34,133 bases of DNA from Vicugna vicugna (taxonomy: Eukaryota). Position numbers and translations under genes: made by a program. Shown in pieces: positions 1-13,049 of the stretch (its first letter is position 1; each line of letters opens with the position of its first letter). The stretch covers positions 3,220 through 37,352 of the forward strand of contig MU058520.1 of the NCBI GenBank assembly GCA_013265495.1, in the 5' to 3' direction. Below the pieces are notes generated by a model, which was not told the origin of the DNA, made no database searches, and worked only from the letters and a program-made list of their open reading frames with translations.

Positions 1-83
1 TGGACACAATTCCGAACTGCTGGGGGCTGGGCACCCGGGTGCCCTCAGGCCCCAGAGAGTCAGGGCAGTGAGGTGGCCCTTAC

Positions 84-230
84 CTCACCCAAGTCAGCGA
101 TGGTCTCATTCAGGGGGCGCAGACACTGCACCCCCATGTTGCTGTCATCCAGCTGGATGTAGAAGTCGTTGAACTTGGGGATAGAGGTGAGCGTGACCTC
201 CACCTGCGAACAGGACTGGCAGTAGAGGAC
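84..230 (-). pseudogene. ADCY1: ADCY1-like exon (about exon 16; start of the C2a catalytic domain)
   Basis: ccccag|GTC...GAG|gtaagg, 147 nt, open. VLYCQSCSQVEVTLTSIPKFNDFYIQLDDSNMGVQCLRPLNETIADLGE vs recalled human [49 protein letters not shown] (33/49 identical). Confidence 0.93.
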
Positions 231-1186
231 CTGGGGGTCAGAGGTCAAGTCAGCCACCAAGCCCGAAGCAGTAACCAGAGCAGCATTCAGGGCTGGTACT
301 GGGGACAGGCCCCACCCGGAGCCCCTACCAGGGCGGCCAGGATGGGTTGGGATCCCGCGCCACACAAGGAGGGGGCTCGGAGCATCCAGGCCTCCGCTAG
401 GGCATCCAGCTCACAGCTGAGGGCACAGGCCCCTGTTGGGTGGGGGAGGCACCCAGGAGGTATGCACTGCTCTGGGAAAACGAACCGCTCTGGACACCCC
501 CAGGCCCAGCAGGATGAGAGATGAGTCCTGGAGCTACTTCAGGCCAGAGCTGGTCCAGCTGAGCCTTGGTGTTTGTGCCTATAGGACCTTAAAACCCAGC
601 CTGAGCCTCTTTATTTTTGAGTCAGCTTTTCTAAGCCCTGCGCTGTGCTGCTGGGCTGGTTTTGGAGCTTCACCTCCAGGTCATGGCCCCAGATCTCACT
701 GAGCACAGAGGAGGGAATGAACCACCAGCCCTGCAGCCAGACGGGCAGGGCCAGGCCAGCCACACAAACTCAGCCGAGAGGGGGTGCCACTCAGGACAAG
801 CCGGCCTTGAAACAGTGCTTTCCCCCTTGTGGTTTCCTGAAGCCTGATCTCCTGCCTTGTGGGGCTGGTGACTGTTACGCTGTCTTCCAGGATCAAAGGG
901 GAGGACACAGTAGTTCTGGGCACCTGTCAAGCCCACGTCCCAGAAGCCTCTGATGGCCCAGCCTCTGCCCTGCCTTTGGGGATGGGCAGAGGGGGCCTCC
1001 CATCCTTGGTGCAGCTGAAGGCTTGGAAATGGCCACCCTCTGCGATGTTAGGCAGCGGGGAGGGTCCCTCTGGGTCGGATCTCCAGCTGCAGCCCTGCAG
1101 CCCCCACGAGACCAGCTCGGCTTGGAGGAGCACCCTGCTGGGTCTCAGGGCCCGGGAAGCAGCTGCCATGCGGGCTGTACGCTCAC

Positions 1187-1302
1187 CGTGCTCTGGGGAC
1201 TGGACATGAGGAAGTGCTGGGTGACATAGGCCGGCGGGAGGTTGAAGAGGACCCTCTTGTTGTCCAGTTTCACCCTCTCCATGTCGTCCCACTCCTCTCT
1301 GC
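1187..1302 (-). pseudogene. ADCY1: ADCY1-like exon (about exon 15) with a 1-nt deletion
   Basis: ctccag|GCAGAGAGG...AGCACG|gtgagc, 116 nt between phase-0 neighbours. The shifted frame reads EEWDDMERVKLDNKRVLFNLPPAYVTQHFLMSSPQST (cf. EEEREDMEKVKLDNRRILFNLLPAHVAQHFLMSNPRNM). The phase-0 reading hits TGA after 10 codons. Confidence 0.92.
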
Positions 1303-1378
1303 CTGGAGAGGACAGGATCCTCCATTAGCCATTCACCTGCCCATCCAGCTTCCTTCACTCACTGGACAACACGCCACC

Positions 1379-1830
1379 TGACAAGATTCTCTCCTGGACC
1401 AGACTCTGAACTCTCGTCCAACTGGGCCCTGACTTTGGGGCATCCGTCTTCCTTTCCACATTGTCCAGTTTGAGCAAGAACCCTGCTGAGCCAATTTAAC
1501 CAGACACCCATCCCTGACATCTGATGGGGTTCCTCATCTCCCACCCTCCCCAGGTGATGTCCGATCACCTTGGCCCATCCTCAGCTTGAATCCTGTTAGG
1601 TCAGCTTAGAACCCCTCACCCCTGCTGTCTCTCTTAGTAACTGTGCAACCACTGCCCCAGCTCTGCCCTTGGCTGTAAACACCCACTTGCCATTGCTTAT
1701 TTAGGGCTGAGCCTCGTCTCCCCCCACTGCAAGGCCCCACTGCAGTGGTCCTTACACCTAATACAACGGTCCTGAGTAACGCCTGCCTCACCATCTTTAA
1801 CAAGAGTTCTGAATCATTACACCTGTAACA
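1379..1830 (+). mobile_element. Old ERV1 LTR, MER39/LTR29-like
   Basis: TG...CA ends (tgacaagattctctcc...gtaaca). Internal motifs gcaagaaccctgctgagcc, gatgtccgatcacc and ctgcctcaccatctttaacaag resemble the recalled MER39-type consensus. No clean TSD. Confidence 0.6.
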
Positions 1831-4489
1831 CGTTTCTTTCTAATTATCCACACTAACTGCCAAATGTACCCACGGTCTACACCAGGCTCATCTCCATGCC
1901 CCCACCAGGCAGAGTGAATAGATCAATGGTAGGGCCCAGAGAATCCACAAAATTCTGGATAAATCACCACCCTGATCAGTTGGAACTTTCAAAAGACAAC
2001 GAGGGTCCAGCCCCCATTTCCAGGGTCTACTGCAGCCACGTTCTGGGGACCAGATGCTGGAAGCAGCCCTTTCTGGGGCACGTGCCCACTCCCAGGGCAC
2101 ACAGGGCCCCCAGCATCTCTGATGCACCTCCAGAGCACAGCCAGGCTCACTGGGAATGCCGGAAGCCAAGCAGTGGCCCCTCCGTTAGCTCCCGTGTCCT
2201 CTGGACTCTCTCCCCCTCCAGCAGGACTCCATCTCTCGGGGCACCAAGACAAGCAGAAAGCTGCAGGGGCCTGGAAGGGCAGGAGTGAAGACCTGGGGCC
2301 AAAGGAGCTCAGCCAGGCACCGACTCCTGGAGCGGAGGATGAAAGCCGGCAGGTCTAACCAGGCGGATGAGGCAGAGCAGACGGCAGGTGTGGCCTGAGT
2401 CCCGGCCGGCTGGCCTCCTGGCTACAGGGCCTGGCAGAGGCTAACGCGACCAACAGTCACGGCCCCACCCACTGGCCGCCGTGTCAGCTCAACAGGCACT
2501 GCTGATGAAGCACGGAAGGCAGCCTGGAGCCGGACGCAGCCCTCAGGAATGGGGCCACTAGGCTGGCTGTCAGTGGCCCTCCCTGGCTTCCACATCTAGC
2601 ACTTGGCTGGAGCCATGAACCGAGTTCAGTATGGAGGACATTCCTAAGTGTGCACCAGCCTTACAGAGACAGCAAGCTCTTGGTTGCAGTGTGATGCCAT
2701 GTTGATGGCCTGTGACCCTGCCATCAAAACCCACACGAGGCAGCCAGCACAGCCTGGTCTATGTCCCACCTTGTGGCTGTGTACCTGCTCCAGTTTCCGC
2801 ATCATAAAATGGTGAAAGATGCCCACTAATAGAGGCGCCATTCCTATGTATCAAGGGGTGAGGAGGCTGCGTGAAACCTCCTAAGATGTGAGGAGTGTCA
2901 CCTATTTTTGATGTCATTATTGTCATAACAGCAGTTGAGCTGGTCGGCTTCATGCTGCTGGAGTTCGTCTCATGATTCTACCAGTTAAGAGCAAGCACCT
3001 GAGATCCCCAAAGGTGGACGTGAGGGGGCCTCAGGCCGCAGCTGCCGGGGTGAGAGGGCCTGACTGGGAGCCCCAGGCTCCTCCAGTGCGTTTTTGGGGA
3101 AAACAACACAGGTGGGCCAGGGAGTCATCGGTCACCAAGGAGGCTCATACAGGATGACTTTCACCCTGCTCCTTAGAGCGCACAGACAGGCAGCAGGGGA
3201 GGGCAAGAGGAGGAACCCAGGAGCCACAGGACCCGGCTCCGATGATCGTGGGCTCTGCAGACAGGAGGACACAGCCAGGCACGGGGTCTGAGGTCAGTAT
3301 CCGTGGACACAGCCGTGTGGGAAGCAAAGCCTCAGAAGGGACCCGGGGCCTCTCCTAAGACGTGTAATTATTTTCCTGTAACACATGTGCCCTGGTAAGA
3401 CACACAAGATGGTTTTACTGAAGGATGAGATAAAGAGAAAGAAAACATTTTTAAAGTAACAGTTTTATTAGTGGCACAAATTTTTTTCTCCAAAATATTA
3501 ATAGTAGTGATATTTTAATGACTTCAATGTAATTGAATATGATTCAACTTAAAAAAAAATCTTGGCGGATCACGTTGCAATAAAAAGCTTTGGTTCTAAA
3601 TTCAGTTTATTTCTTTATTAAAATGTTTATTATTTTTTACATTTTTTTCAGTTTATTTCAATTTATTTACAATTTATGTAGATGTATGGACTATCAGACT
3701 AGCTCTCTCCCTAAATCATCATCTATTTTTTATTCCTTCCAAGGAGTCAAAGGCTTTTGTTGCAATGTGACTGATAAAAAGCCTATCTTCTTACGAACTA
3801 AGCAGAGGTTGTATTGTTATATTTTTAACAAGTAAGCTGAAAATCCACTGAAATTCTCTTTTGTAAGATTTTCCAAACAGCCAGGAAGTCGGTAAGGAGT
3901 TGCTGGGGGCGACATACATTCTACCTGCGGACAAAGTCACACGACAGAGACGCAGCCAACCTACACTTTCAAAATACTCTCTCTACAGCAGGGTCTCCTT
4001 CAAAGGGCATCTCCCTTCTCACCTGTCACAAATCTGACCTCTGACTCTAAACGACAGATTATGCGAGCTTCCGTGTCTGACATTATTCACCAAGTGCATC
4101 TTATCAACAGCTTTGTGGCATCTTAGAGGGGCTCCCAGGCTGGTAAACAGAACAGAGCAGAACAGAAAACAGCACAACCCGACAACTGTCTGCTACACTG
4201 ATGTAGGTGACTGCTGAGCCGCTGAGCCCCACAAAGTGCTGCCAAGTTTTCAGTCCAACCAACCAAGCCAGCAGCCCTCGGGTCAGCACCTGGACTCCAG
4301 GACAGCTCACTGAAATGAACACCTCAGTCAGGGTGGCAGCAGCCTCGCTCTGCCTGGACAGTCATGTGCCTGCCTCCGTCCTAGAAGTGACATCTGGCCA
4401 GAGTCACAGCATCCTGGCCAGATCATTCTTCAAGTATTAGGAAAGCACGTTTCTTGATTTTCAGGCACACTATGAAGACACCTTCTGAT

Positions 4490-4953
4490 GCTGTTGCAGT
4501 GTTCTCCAGAGCAAGAGACCAGCAGGACAGGCCGAGATGCACAGGGAAAGGCTGATAGGTGGTGGCTGGCCCACGTGGTGATGGAGGCTGAGACGTCCCC
4601 CCACCTGCCGTCTGCAAGCTGGAGGCCAAGGAGACCTGGTGGTGTAGCTCAGTCCAGCCTGGAGGCCTGAGAACCAGCAGTGCTGAGGGTAGAGACCGAC
4701 ATCCCAGATCTTGCCGTCAGGAAGGGGGGGCCCAGAATTCTCCCTTCTTCCACCTTTCTGTCCTATTCAGGTCTCCCTCAGTGGATTGGAGGAGGCTCAC
4801 CCACATTAGGACTCTGCTCTACTGAGTCCACATTCAAATGCAAAAAATGAAAATCTCTTCTGCAAATACCCTCCCAGACACACCAGGATAACATTTAGCC
4901 AAATAACCGGGCACCTCAGGATCCAGTCAGGTCGACACATAAATCAACCATCA
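4490..4953 (-). mobile_element. MLT2 (ERVL LTR) remnant
   Basis: Typical antisense MLT2 motifs: gttctccagag..., tggaggctgagacgtcc, gtggattggaggaggctcacccacatt, ccagtcaggtcgacacataaatcaaccatca. Confidence 0.8.
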
Positions 4954-5449
4954 TGAATGTCTTCTTCCAAAACCCCACTGTGCTGTCTCCTGTGCCTTCT
5001 GGGGTGCACACACCCTCTTCAAGGGCACCCAGGCTCTGACAACCATCTCCTCCTGGGGAAGCACAGAGAGGGAAAGGACCTTTCCACAGCACACAGAGCA
5101 GCAGGGACAGAGGGTCGTCAGCCCCCAAGTGAAAAGAATTTGGTCTCTGACTCTGGGGCCAAATCAGTCCTCATTGTCTCCCTTTCATCATTTATTCTCA
5201 CTTGAGGACAAGGCACCATGAGACAGACGTGTACACGGACACAGACGTGCATCAGCTGGACAGGTGATCAGGGATGGTGCTGGTCTCCACAGAGAGCGGC
5301 TGCCCAGCAGAGGGGACACACGTGGAGATTCGGGGTGGGCCAGGCTGTTCAGGCTGCACAGGGCACAGGTGTCCAGGGGCAACCTCAGCCCACTGTCAAG
5401 AAGGTGAAATATGGGGAGGTGGGGTCAGAGGAACACAGATGAAGATGAC

Positions 5450-6660
5450 AGCAAATTTGCCATTAAAAGCAATGCCACACAAGACAGTGGAACAGCACCT
5501 TTAACATACTGAAAAGACAAAAGACCATCACTGCAGACTCTCAGCCCAGCAGAAGCATCTTTCAGCCATGAAGGCAAAATGGAGACTTTTTCAGACACAC
5601 AAGAACCGAAAGAACTCATCACCAACAGATTTGTGGGACATTTTAAAGCAGGTCCTTCAGGCAGAAGGAGGATGACACCAGAGAGAAGCTTGGATCCACT
5701 CAGAGAAATAAAAAGCACCAGAAATCATAAGTATGTGGGTAAACCCAAAATACTCTTTCTTATTATAATGTAGCTTTAAAATAGAATTTAATGTTTATAA
5801 CGGAAATAATATTATATTGGGGTTATAACATATGTACAAATAAAATCTATGACTATGTGAACGGCAAACATATAAGATGGGAGAAGCCGAAGTACATACT
5901 GTTTGCTAAGGTTCTTACACTATATATGAGGTTGTACAATACCAGCTGAACACAGACAATGAATGATAAGGACCCATTAAAATAATAGTCACAGCTAATA
6001 AGAAAAGAGAGAAAGAAATTTAAGTGGAATAACAAAAATATTTAATTAACTGAAAATAGGCAGAAAAGGAGGAAAAAGAAATGAACAGATGGACAGATGA
6101 GACAAACAGAAAACAGCACCATGGTAAATTAAAATCCAGCCACATCAATAATCACGTTAATTGTAAATGGTTTGAACAGCTCAACTGAGAGGAAGAGATT
6201 TGGAAACTGGATTAAAAGGCAAGATCCAATTGTATGTTGCTTACAAGAAATCCTTTAAATAAAAGGATGCAAATAACGTTAACAGTAAAATGATGGACAG
6301 CGATATAACAAGAGAATTAGATTCCCTGTATTACTATCAGACAAAGGAGACAGCAGAGTCAGATGTCTTACCTGGGGAAAAGAGAATCTTTTTTAAGTAA
6401 GAGGAACAAAAGTTTCAATGTATCAAGAGGACACAATCCTAAACGCATATACACCCAGTAACAGATAAAACAAACACAAAGCAAAGCCTGACAGAACTGC
6501 AAGAAGTCCCATCCACAGGTATAGCTGGAGACTCCAACACCATTCTCTCAGAAATTGATAAAATGACAAGAGGAAGTCAGCAAGGGCAGAGAAGACATGA
6601 AGGCAGCGATCAGCCAGCCTGCTGTAACTGGCATTTATAAAACTCCATCCAGCAGCGACA
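5450..6660 (+). mobile_element. Ancient L1 (L1M) fragment: ORF1 end, spacer and ORF2 endonuclease start
   Basis: A-rich plus strand. atcaataatcacgttaattgtaaatggtttgaac...gcaagatccaattgtatgttgcttacaagaa corresponds to the ORF2 N-terminus (SIITLNVNGLN...DPTICCLQE); many stops. Confidence 0.8.
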
Positions 6661-9544
6661 GAACCTCTCCCTGGCTAACTCCTCCCAAATCTCCACGACT
6701 CCATCAGGCATTATCTCTACAGGCTGATCTCACCGACCTCGGGGCTGGGCCAGGCCGTGGGCACTATCACTGTTCTGGAATCATCTGGGGCTGACACAGT
6801 TACTCCTTTACCAGCCTCTGGGCACTTGGGGCAGGGTTACATCCCACCACATGGTGTCCCGCCCAGGGCCCAGTGTGGCCCAGATGCTCCATAAGCATCT
6901 GCTGGATGGAGCCGGGGTCGGTGGGGGGGGGGGGACGACACCCGGCACGTGGGTGCAGAGAGAGCTGCCACAGGCTGTGCGCGCACTTCCCGGCAGGGTG
7001 ACGCATCTGGTTTCCCTTGAGAGGGGGACATTCACTGACGTTCTGGTCTGTGGGCATTTCCCTGGCACCGTGCTGTGGCACACAGCTGTGATTCAAGCCG
7101 GAAGCATCGTCCCCAGGGAGGGATGTCTGTGGAGATGCACTCACCCCAGCACCCCAGGGGAGACCCCAGGCCCGGGAACAGACAACAGGATGAACACCAC
7201 ACACGGCACTTCGGATGTGAAAGCAGGGTCGTGGGCTGTGTAGCGTGCACTTCCTGCAACCCTGAGGACTACTTCACTGGCACGTGTGTGCAGAAAGTAG
7301 GCTTGGGAAGGGGAGTGATTGGAGGAAGACACGCGGCAAGCCTCAGCTCGGCCCAACCACCGGGAACTCCACGTCCATGCCGGCCCTCCCTCCGAGTGCC
7401 GAGAATGGCAGCTGCACAACTAGGAATTCCCTTCGGAACAAGTGTTCATCGGTAGAGAAAGAAACTGCCCTGCTACAATCAATTGTAATGGCCATCATTA
7501 TTATGCACTGAGTTCAAAGAAAAAAATCACTGGAGCAAACAGCATTTCGAGAGTTACAGATGAAGAGGTTGAGGAAGTCATTAGGAGGGAAGAGCCCATG
7601 TTCACTTAGGTCTGCAGGACCAGCCAGATCTCAGTAAATAACCCACTGAGTCTCTGGTCTGGAAATTCTGCGGTAGTCTGAGGCACGCTGATGCTTGCCT
7701 GCCGTGCTTAAATATCCGGGGAGGAAAATGGGCCCAGTTTTGAAATGTTCTCGTTTCGCAGTGTTTACAGGAAAGGGAGGAGTTTCTTGTTATACATCCT
7801 TGGAAAAATAGGTCAGTGTGTTCAGCGTCGGCAGCCCTTCCCGTGACAAGGGGGTCTCTCTGGCCCTGCACTCCCAGGAAAGCTCACTTCACGGTGAAGC
7901 TGGGTGTCCAATGGGTACCGCTGGCAAAAGGTCCCAGGGCAGGGTCAGCCACTGCACTTAGTCAGACTTAAAGGGACACCGATGCCAAGAGCAGCCCTTG
8001 TCAGCCCAGATGAGAGAAAAATGCCTGCTCTTGGGGGAAGTGGTGTCCCAGGCTGGGGGAGCCAAGAGCCGGGGCCTTAGTCCCACTCTCTGAGCATGAG
8101 ATACAAAGCAGGCACCTAGTCAACAAGTCAGAAAGCCCATCTCACACCATCGAGACGGGTCCAGCTCTTCCCGGTTCATCCTGAGTGTGTTCTTCTCTAG
8201 CTGAGTAGCTACTCGTAACTGGAAGATCTTAAACCAGAAGGCCCGGGGTAGATGCAACCCAGGGACCAGCTGGCCTGGTCACCCCGGACAGCCAGCCAGA
8301 GCCAGACAAAACCAAGTTCGAGGCACAGTCCACCAAAGAGACTGTCCTCCCTTACCTGGCATGGCTTTGGCAAACTGCAGTGGCCAAACTCCCCTTCCAG
8401 GAACTGACCGGTGTGTGCTGGCCTCTTCCACTGGGATCGGCTGTGATCCAGGGCCCACCCGGAGGACGCTGCCTACGGGTTCCCTTGCCGCCTGCTTCTG
8501 GTGAGGCTCAGCCAGTGAGCAGCACCAGCAGGAGCTGGGAGGGGGAGAGAAGGGCGTGGCCGGGTCCCTCCCAGCCTGGTCACTGCAGGCTGCCGTGTCC
8601 CTCAGCCGAAGGTCGTGAATCCTGCCTGGTGGCCCACTGTGTCCCCAGTTGTGGACTGCTCCCCTGCCCCCGAGATCTGGGATGAGAACCCTCCACGTGG
8701 TGCCCCATGTCATACACAGCCTGAGATCAGCCTACATTCCCTGCACCTTTCAGATGCTCATCAGCTCCCTTGACCTCACCCGTCTGGAGCATGCCCTCTG
8801 CCCTCTGTCCTCTGCCCAGCCTGAGTGATACGTGCCTGAGGCCACTGTCACCTCCACCGCAGCCCCCTCACCCAGAGGCCAACCATGCCCAGGCTCCACA
8901 GGACAGTTCTAAGGCGCCCTCCTGGTGGCTCCCGTGACGGTGGAAGCCCTGCCCCCTGCCCTCTGCCCCATCATGCTCCACTGCTAGGCCGCCTTCCACA
9001 GACAGGGATGGGATCCTGCCATCCTGGCCCCAGGCTGGCAGCCAACCCTGCCCAGAGAAGGAAGGCTCTGACTCCTCAGTGGTCTCCCTGCTGCCCCTAC
9101 CACCTGGGTCTCTGCCAAGCTCCCCATCCTGCCATACACCATGTCCTCTTTCCTCAACAGCAGCCCCTCACCCACCCTCGGTCACGTCTCAGCCTCCAAC
9201 AGGCCCAGGGAAGCACAGGCTCTCCCCAGGACCCTGGCTGAGCACCGTGTGGACATGCTCACAGGGCTGTGGTCTGGCTCTGGCACTGATGAAGGCAGCG
9301 GCCCGGGCACCTTGAGGTGGTGAGGCAGGATCAGCTGTTCTCGCCTGCACGCTCTCCCCAGAGGCCCTGCCTGCGCCCCACACGGCTCAGACACCCCCTG
9401 GGCCTCCCTGCCTGCGGAGAGGGAGCCAAGGCGCTCAGATCTCAGCAGAATCCAGGTATGAAGGGAGGACAGTGCCGGGCCATAGGCCCCTCAGAATCAG
9501 GGGTCTCTCTGCCAAGGCCTGGCTTGGGGCTCCCACTGGCCACG

Positions 9545-9848
9545 CACGGGGAGTCAGTCTGTGCAGAATGGGTACTAACTTAACTCCAGGCTAAAGAATA
9601 AAACAGGCAAGACCTCAGGGACAGGAAGCAGATTAGTGGTGACTAAGGGCTGGGGGGAAGCTAGAAACGGGGAATGACTACTCGTGGGCATGAAGTTTTT
9701 GGGAGGATGTGAAAAATATACTAAAATTGACCGTGGTGATGGCTGCACAACCCCATGCATGTACTGAAAACCACTGAATTACACACTTTACGTGAGTGGG
9801 CGGATTTTCTGGGATCCACTGTGAATTACGTTTCAGTAAAGCTGCTAC
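9545..9848 (+). mobile_element. Old L1 3' end (L1MB/MC-type)
   Basis: gcagattagtggtgactaagggctgggg...ggtgatggctgcacaac...aaccactgaatt...tttcagtaaagctg is the typical L1M 3' UTR end. Confidence 0.8.
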
Positions 9849-10029
9849 ACAGAAAGGGTAAGTGAGCTGTTTTCTCCACCTACCGAGTCTGCACGTGCAG
9901 AGACAGATGCACACACACACACACACGTGAACACAAACACACATTTTCTTTCTGCTGTTTACCCAGAGTAAGGAAGTAATTCCTGATGAACCTCGATAGG
10001 AAACCTGCCCTGATGTGCAGACAGAAATC

Positions 10030-10110
10030 CACTTAGCACAGGGAACAGTGTTCAGTATCTTGTAATAATCTTTAATGGGAAAGAATATATGAATATATAT
10101 ATATATATAT
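10030..10110 (+). mobile_element. Short cetartiodactyl-type L1 3' end with a (TA)n tail
   Basis: tagcacagggaacagtgttcagtatcttgtaataatctttaatgggaaagaatat, then a (TA)n run into the gap. Confidence 0.7.
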
Positions 10111-10147
10111 NNNNNNNNNNNNNNNNNNNNNNNNNNNNNNNNNNNNN
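10111..10147. other. Assembly gap (37 N)
   Basis: Run of N directly after a (TA)n microsatellite. Confidence 1.
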
Positions 10148-10247
10148 TAATGTAGTGTCTGCAGGGTGGTCAGCTGTGCTAAGCACCTACTTGGGTGCCA
10201 GGCCCACGGCCAAGCACGTTGGGAAGGGAATTACAATTATTCCTCAC

Positions 10248-10672
10248 TGTAGGGGCTAATGGTATGTGTCAACTCACTGGGCCACGGGGTGCCCAGAGGG
10301 CTGGCGGACGTCCGTCACTGTGTGCCCACACAGGTGCGTAAGGAGAGGTTACACTGCGGGAAGAGGCTGCCCTCTCCAATGTGGGTGGGCGTCACACAAT
10401 CCCCTGGGGCCTGAATAGAAGGAAAAGGCAGAGGAAGGTGAATTCGCTCTCTGCCTGAGCTGGGATGTCCAGCTTCCCCTGCCCTCGGACAGCAGCGCTC
10501 TGGTCCTTGGACCTCTGGACTCAAACTGCGTCCCATCATCCCTGTCCTCTCACTGCGGACAGCAGGCGGTGGGACCTCCCTGCCTCCGTAATCTCAGGGG
10601 CCGATCTCTGTAATAAACTCGCTCTTCTCTCTGTATCTGACTGGCAGCTTCTCTGCAGAACCTGACCCACAC
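10248..10672 (+). mobile_element. MLT2 (ERVL LTR)
   Basis: tgt...tatgtgtcaactcactgggccacggggtgcccag, ccctctccaatgtgggtgggc, ggcctgaatagaaggaaaaggcagaggaagg, ending tctctgcagaacctgac. Confidence 0.8.
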
Positions 10673-12071
10673 ACCTACATGGAATTAGGGTCATCGCCCC
10701 AGCTGAATACGGACCAGAGAGGAGAGTCACACAGACCCTAAGCGGAGCTGTGCGATTCGGGATGAGGACCACCTAACCTCAGGCCCACAACCAGCCCGCC
10801 CCTCTGCGTATTCTGCCCCGGGAACATGGATGTCACATTGACCAGCTTCATGCATCTTCCTGAAGCAAGGATGCGGGCAGGCAGCAGCGGAAGAGCCTGG
10901 GCCCCCAGCAGCTGGGTCTGAGCCTGTCCCACTGCTGGAAGAGTGTGGGGTGACAGTGGGGTGCACCTAGCCAGCTGTGTACCCAGTCACCGGCTCCTCC
11001 CTGTGCCCTCTAGGCTGTACGTGGTCCCTGGTATGAGGACGCTATCACCCACCTCAAACCCGCTGGGATCCCCCCCAAGACAACCATTTTGGCTCTGGCC
11101 CTGGGCACATCACGTCCTTGTCTGTTTCCCATCTGTAACCCCATGTCCCAGGCAGGGCTGCCGTGAAGACTAAATGGAATGAAATGCCTCAGACACCGAG
11201 CTGCTTCTTCATGTGTCAAAACAAGGAGACTCTCTGGCAGCCCCCATTGTGCTGCGTGCCCTCCTTGCCATTTTTAGACAAGGAGACCAAGTGGAGGCAA
11301 TCTGTCCTGAGTCAAAAAGTTTGCAAGTTGCACAGATGGAGTTCGAACCCTAGACCAGAGAACCAGAAGGCCTCAGTTCCGAGCTGGGGACGCAGAATGG
11401 GCAACAAGGGGACATGGAGCAGGTGGCCAGTGGACATGGAGTGGGTAACAAGGGGACACCCAGACACACCACAGCATGTGTGCCCTGGGTGAGGCCCGGA
11501 AGTGGCCCTAGGTAGGCCCTGCACGCCTGTGTGCTGGCTACAGGGCGTGAGCAGGGGCCCTCTGGCGGTCATCACCCGCCTACCAGGGCCCAGGGCCAGG
11601 ACAGCGCACAGGGCTGCCCCTCTCCATCTCCCTCAGGACTCTTGTGTCAGAATTTCCCAGCATGCACTTTAAAAATATCAGTTCCTGGCCCAACGGCTGA
11701 CCTCCTGAATCTGGGCTGAGCCATGCTAGATTTGGCATCTTCAAGAGTTTCCCAAGACCCTGAAGGGACCTGCCGTCACGTCCAGCCCAGGGAGGCTGAG
11801 CCCCTCTGTGCCGTCACCCCTCTGCCAGAGCGCCTTTGGGGACAGAAGCTCGCTGCTGGTGAAAGAGCTAAACTCTGACCGCCAGACGCGGCCCATCAGC
11901 TGTGCCCCTTCCTTCTTTCCTGTGGTCCTTCTCCCTGTACCTGGCACCGGCCTCCTTCACCCCGACGGTGCCGCTCACACGGCTGTGGCGTCTAGCCAGG
12001 AGCCCCCACCCGACACCTCTCCCGAGGGACCCCCTTGCCGACCCCCAGTGAAGCAGCGGGGCTCCTCTTAC

Positions 12072-12198
12072 CTGCGAGGCCGAGACGTACTCCAGCCGCA
12101 GCCTGACGTCCAGCTGCCGGGCGTGCAGGGCCAGTGCGCATGAGGACAGCAGGATGGCCGTGATCGGCTGGAAGCTGCCCCCAGAGCCACTGCCGCCC
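12072..12198 (-). pseudogene. ADCY1: ADCY1-like exon (about exon 14; last transmembrane helix)
   Basis: ctgcaag|G...CAG|gtaaga, 127 nt. GGSGSGGSFQPITAILLSSCALALHARQLDVRLRLEYVSASQ vs GGAVSGRSYEPIVAILLFSCALALHARQVDIRLRLDYLWAAQ. Confidence 0.92.
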
Positions 12199-12537
12199 CT
12201 TGCAGAATAGGAGGAGGAAAATCCATGTCAGTGCCAAGAACACAGGACCCATCCACAGAGGGCCCCTCAGGTGTGACAACCCCAGAGGCGCCTGCGACTG
12301 ACCTGGGCTGAGAACCACTTCTCTTGGGGAAGCTCAAGGACCTCTGCTGAGCCTCCCTCTCCCTCCCTAAAGAGGGAAAACCCAGAGGTTTTCCAACTTT
12401 GCAGTAACTGTCCATTCATCGGCCATGTCTAGTTTATCTCACCAGCCGGCAAACCCCCTCCCTGCCTTCCCCACCCCCTGCAGGCGGCTTTTGGGGGCAC
12501 CCTTCCTCCCTGAGGCCAGCCCTGCTGGGGCAGCAGG

Positions 12538-13049
12538 TGTAATAGAAAAGAACACATCTGACTGCATATAAGATCTGTTCTTTTTCCTTTAACCCTGTGC
12601 TGTTTTCCAGGCTGTCTTACCTGCTCTGCCCCTTTTGTGAAACAATGTTGACTTCAGCCTGAAATTGACAGGAGAGCCTGTTCTCAAGGCTGTCGGCCTT
12701 AAGGATATGAACTCTTTTGCTTTCCTTTACACACAACAAGTTGCAGAATAGAAAGTAACATTTGTTTTCTTAGAGGTTTTACAGGGGCTCCATGAGCTGA
12801 CCCACAACTGCAAAAACAAAGTATTTCTGCACCAAGAAGTTTGCACCAACCACCTACAACCCCTCTCCTTTTTAGTGTAAAAGGAGCCTGAATTCTCACT
12901 CGGAGAAGGTGGCTCTCCAGGACATTAGCCTGCCATCTTCTCGGTCAGCTGGCTTTCTAAATAAAGTCACCGTTCTTTACCCGACACTGCGTGTCCCGAT
13001 TTCCTGGCCTGTCGTGCGTCTAGGGGAATTGAGTGTGGACTTGTAAACA
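12538..13049 (+). mobile_element. Solo ERV1-class LTR, lineage-specific family, with a 4-bp TSD
   Basis: TGTAATAG...TAAACA ends, AATAAA at 12960-12965, CAGG on both sides (12534-12537, 13050-13053). Same family as the LTR pieces at 21197-22836. Confidence 0.9.
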
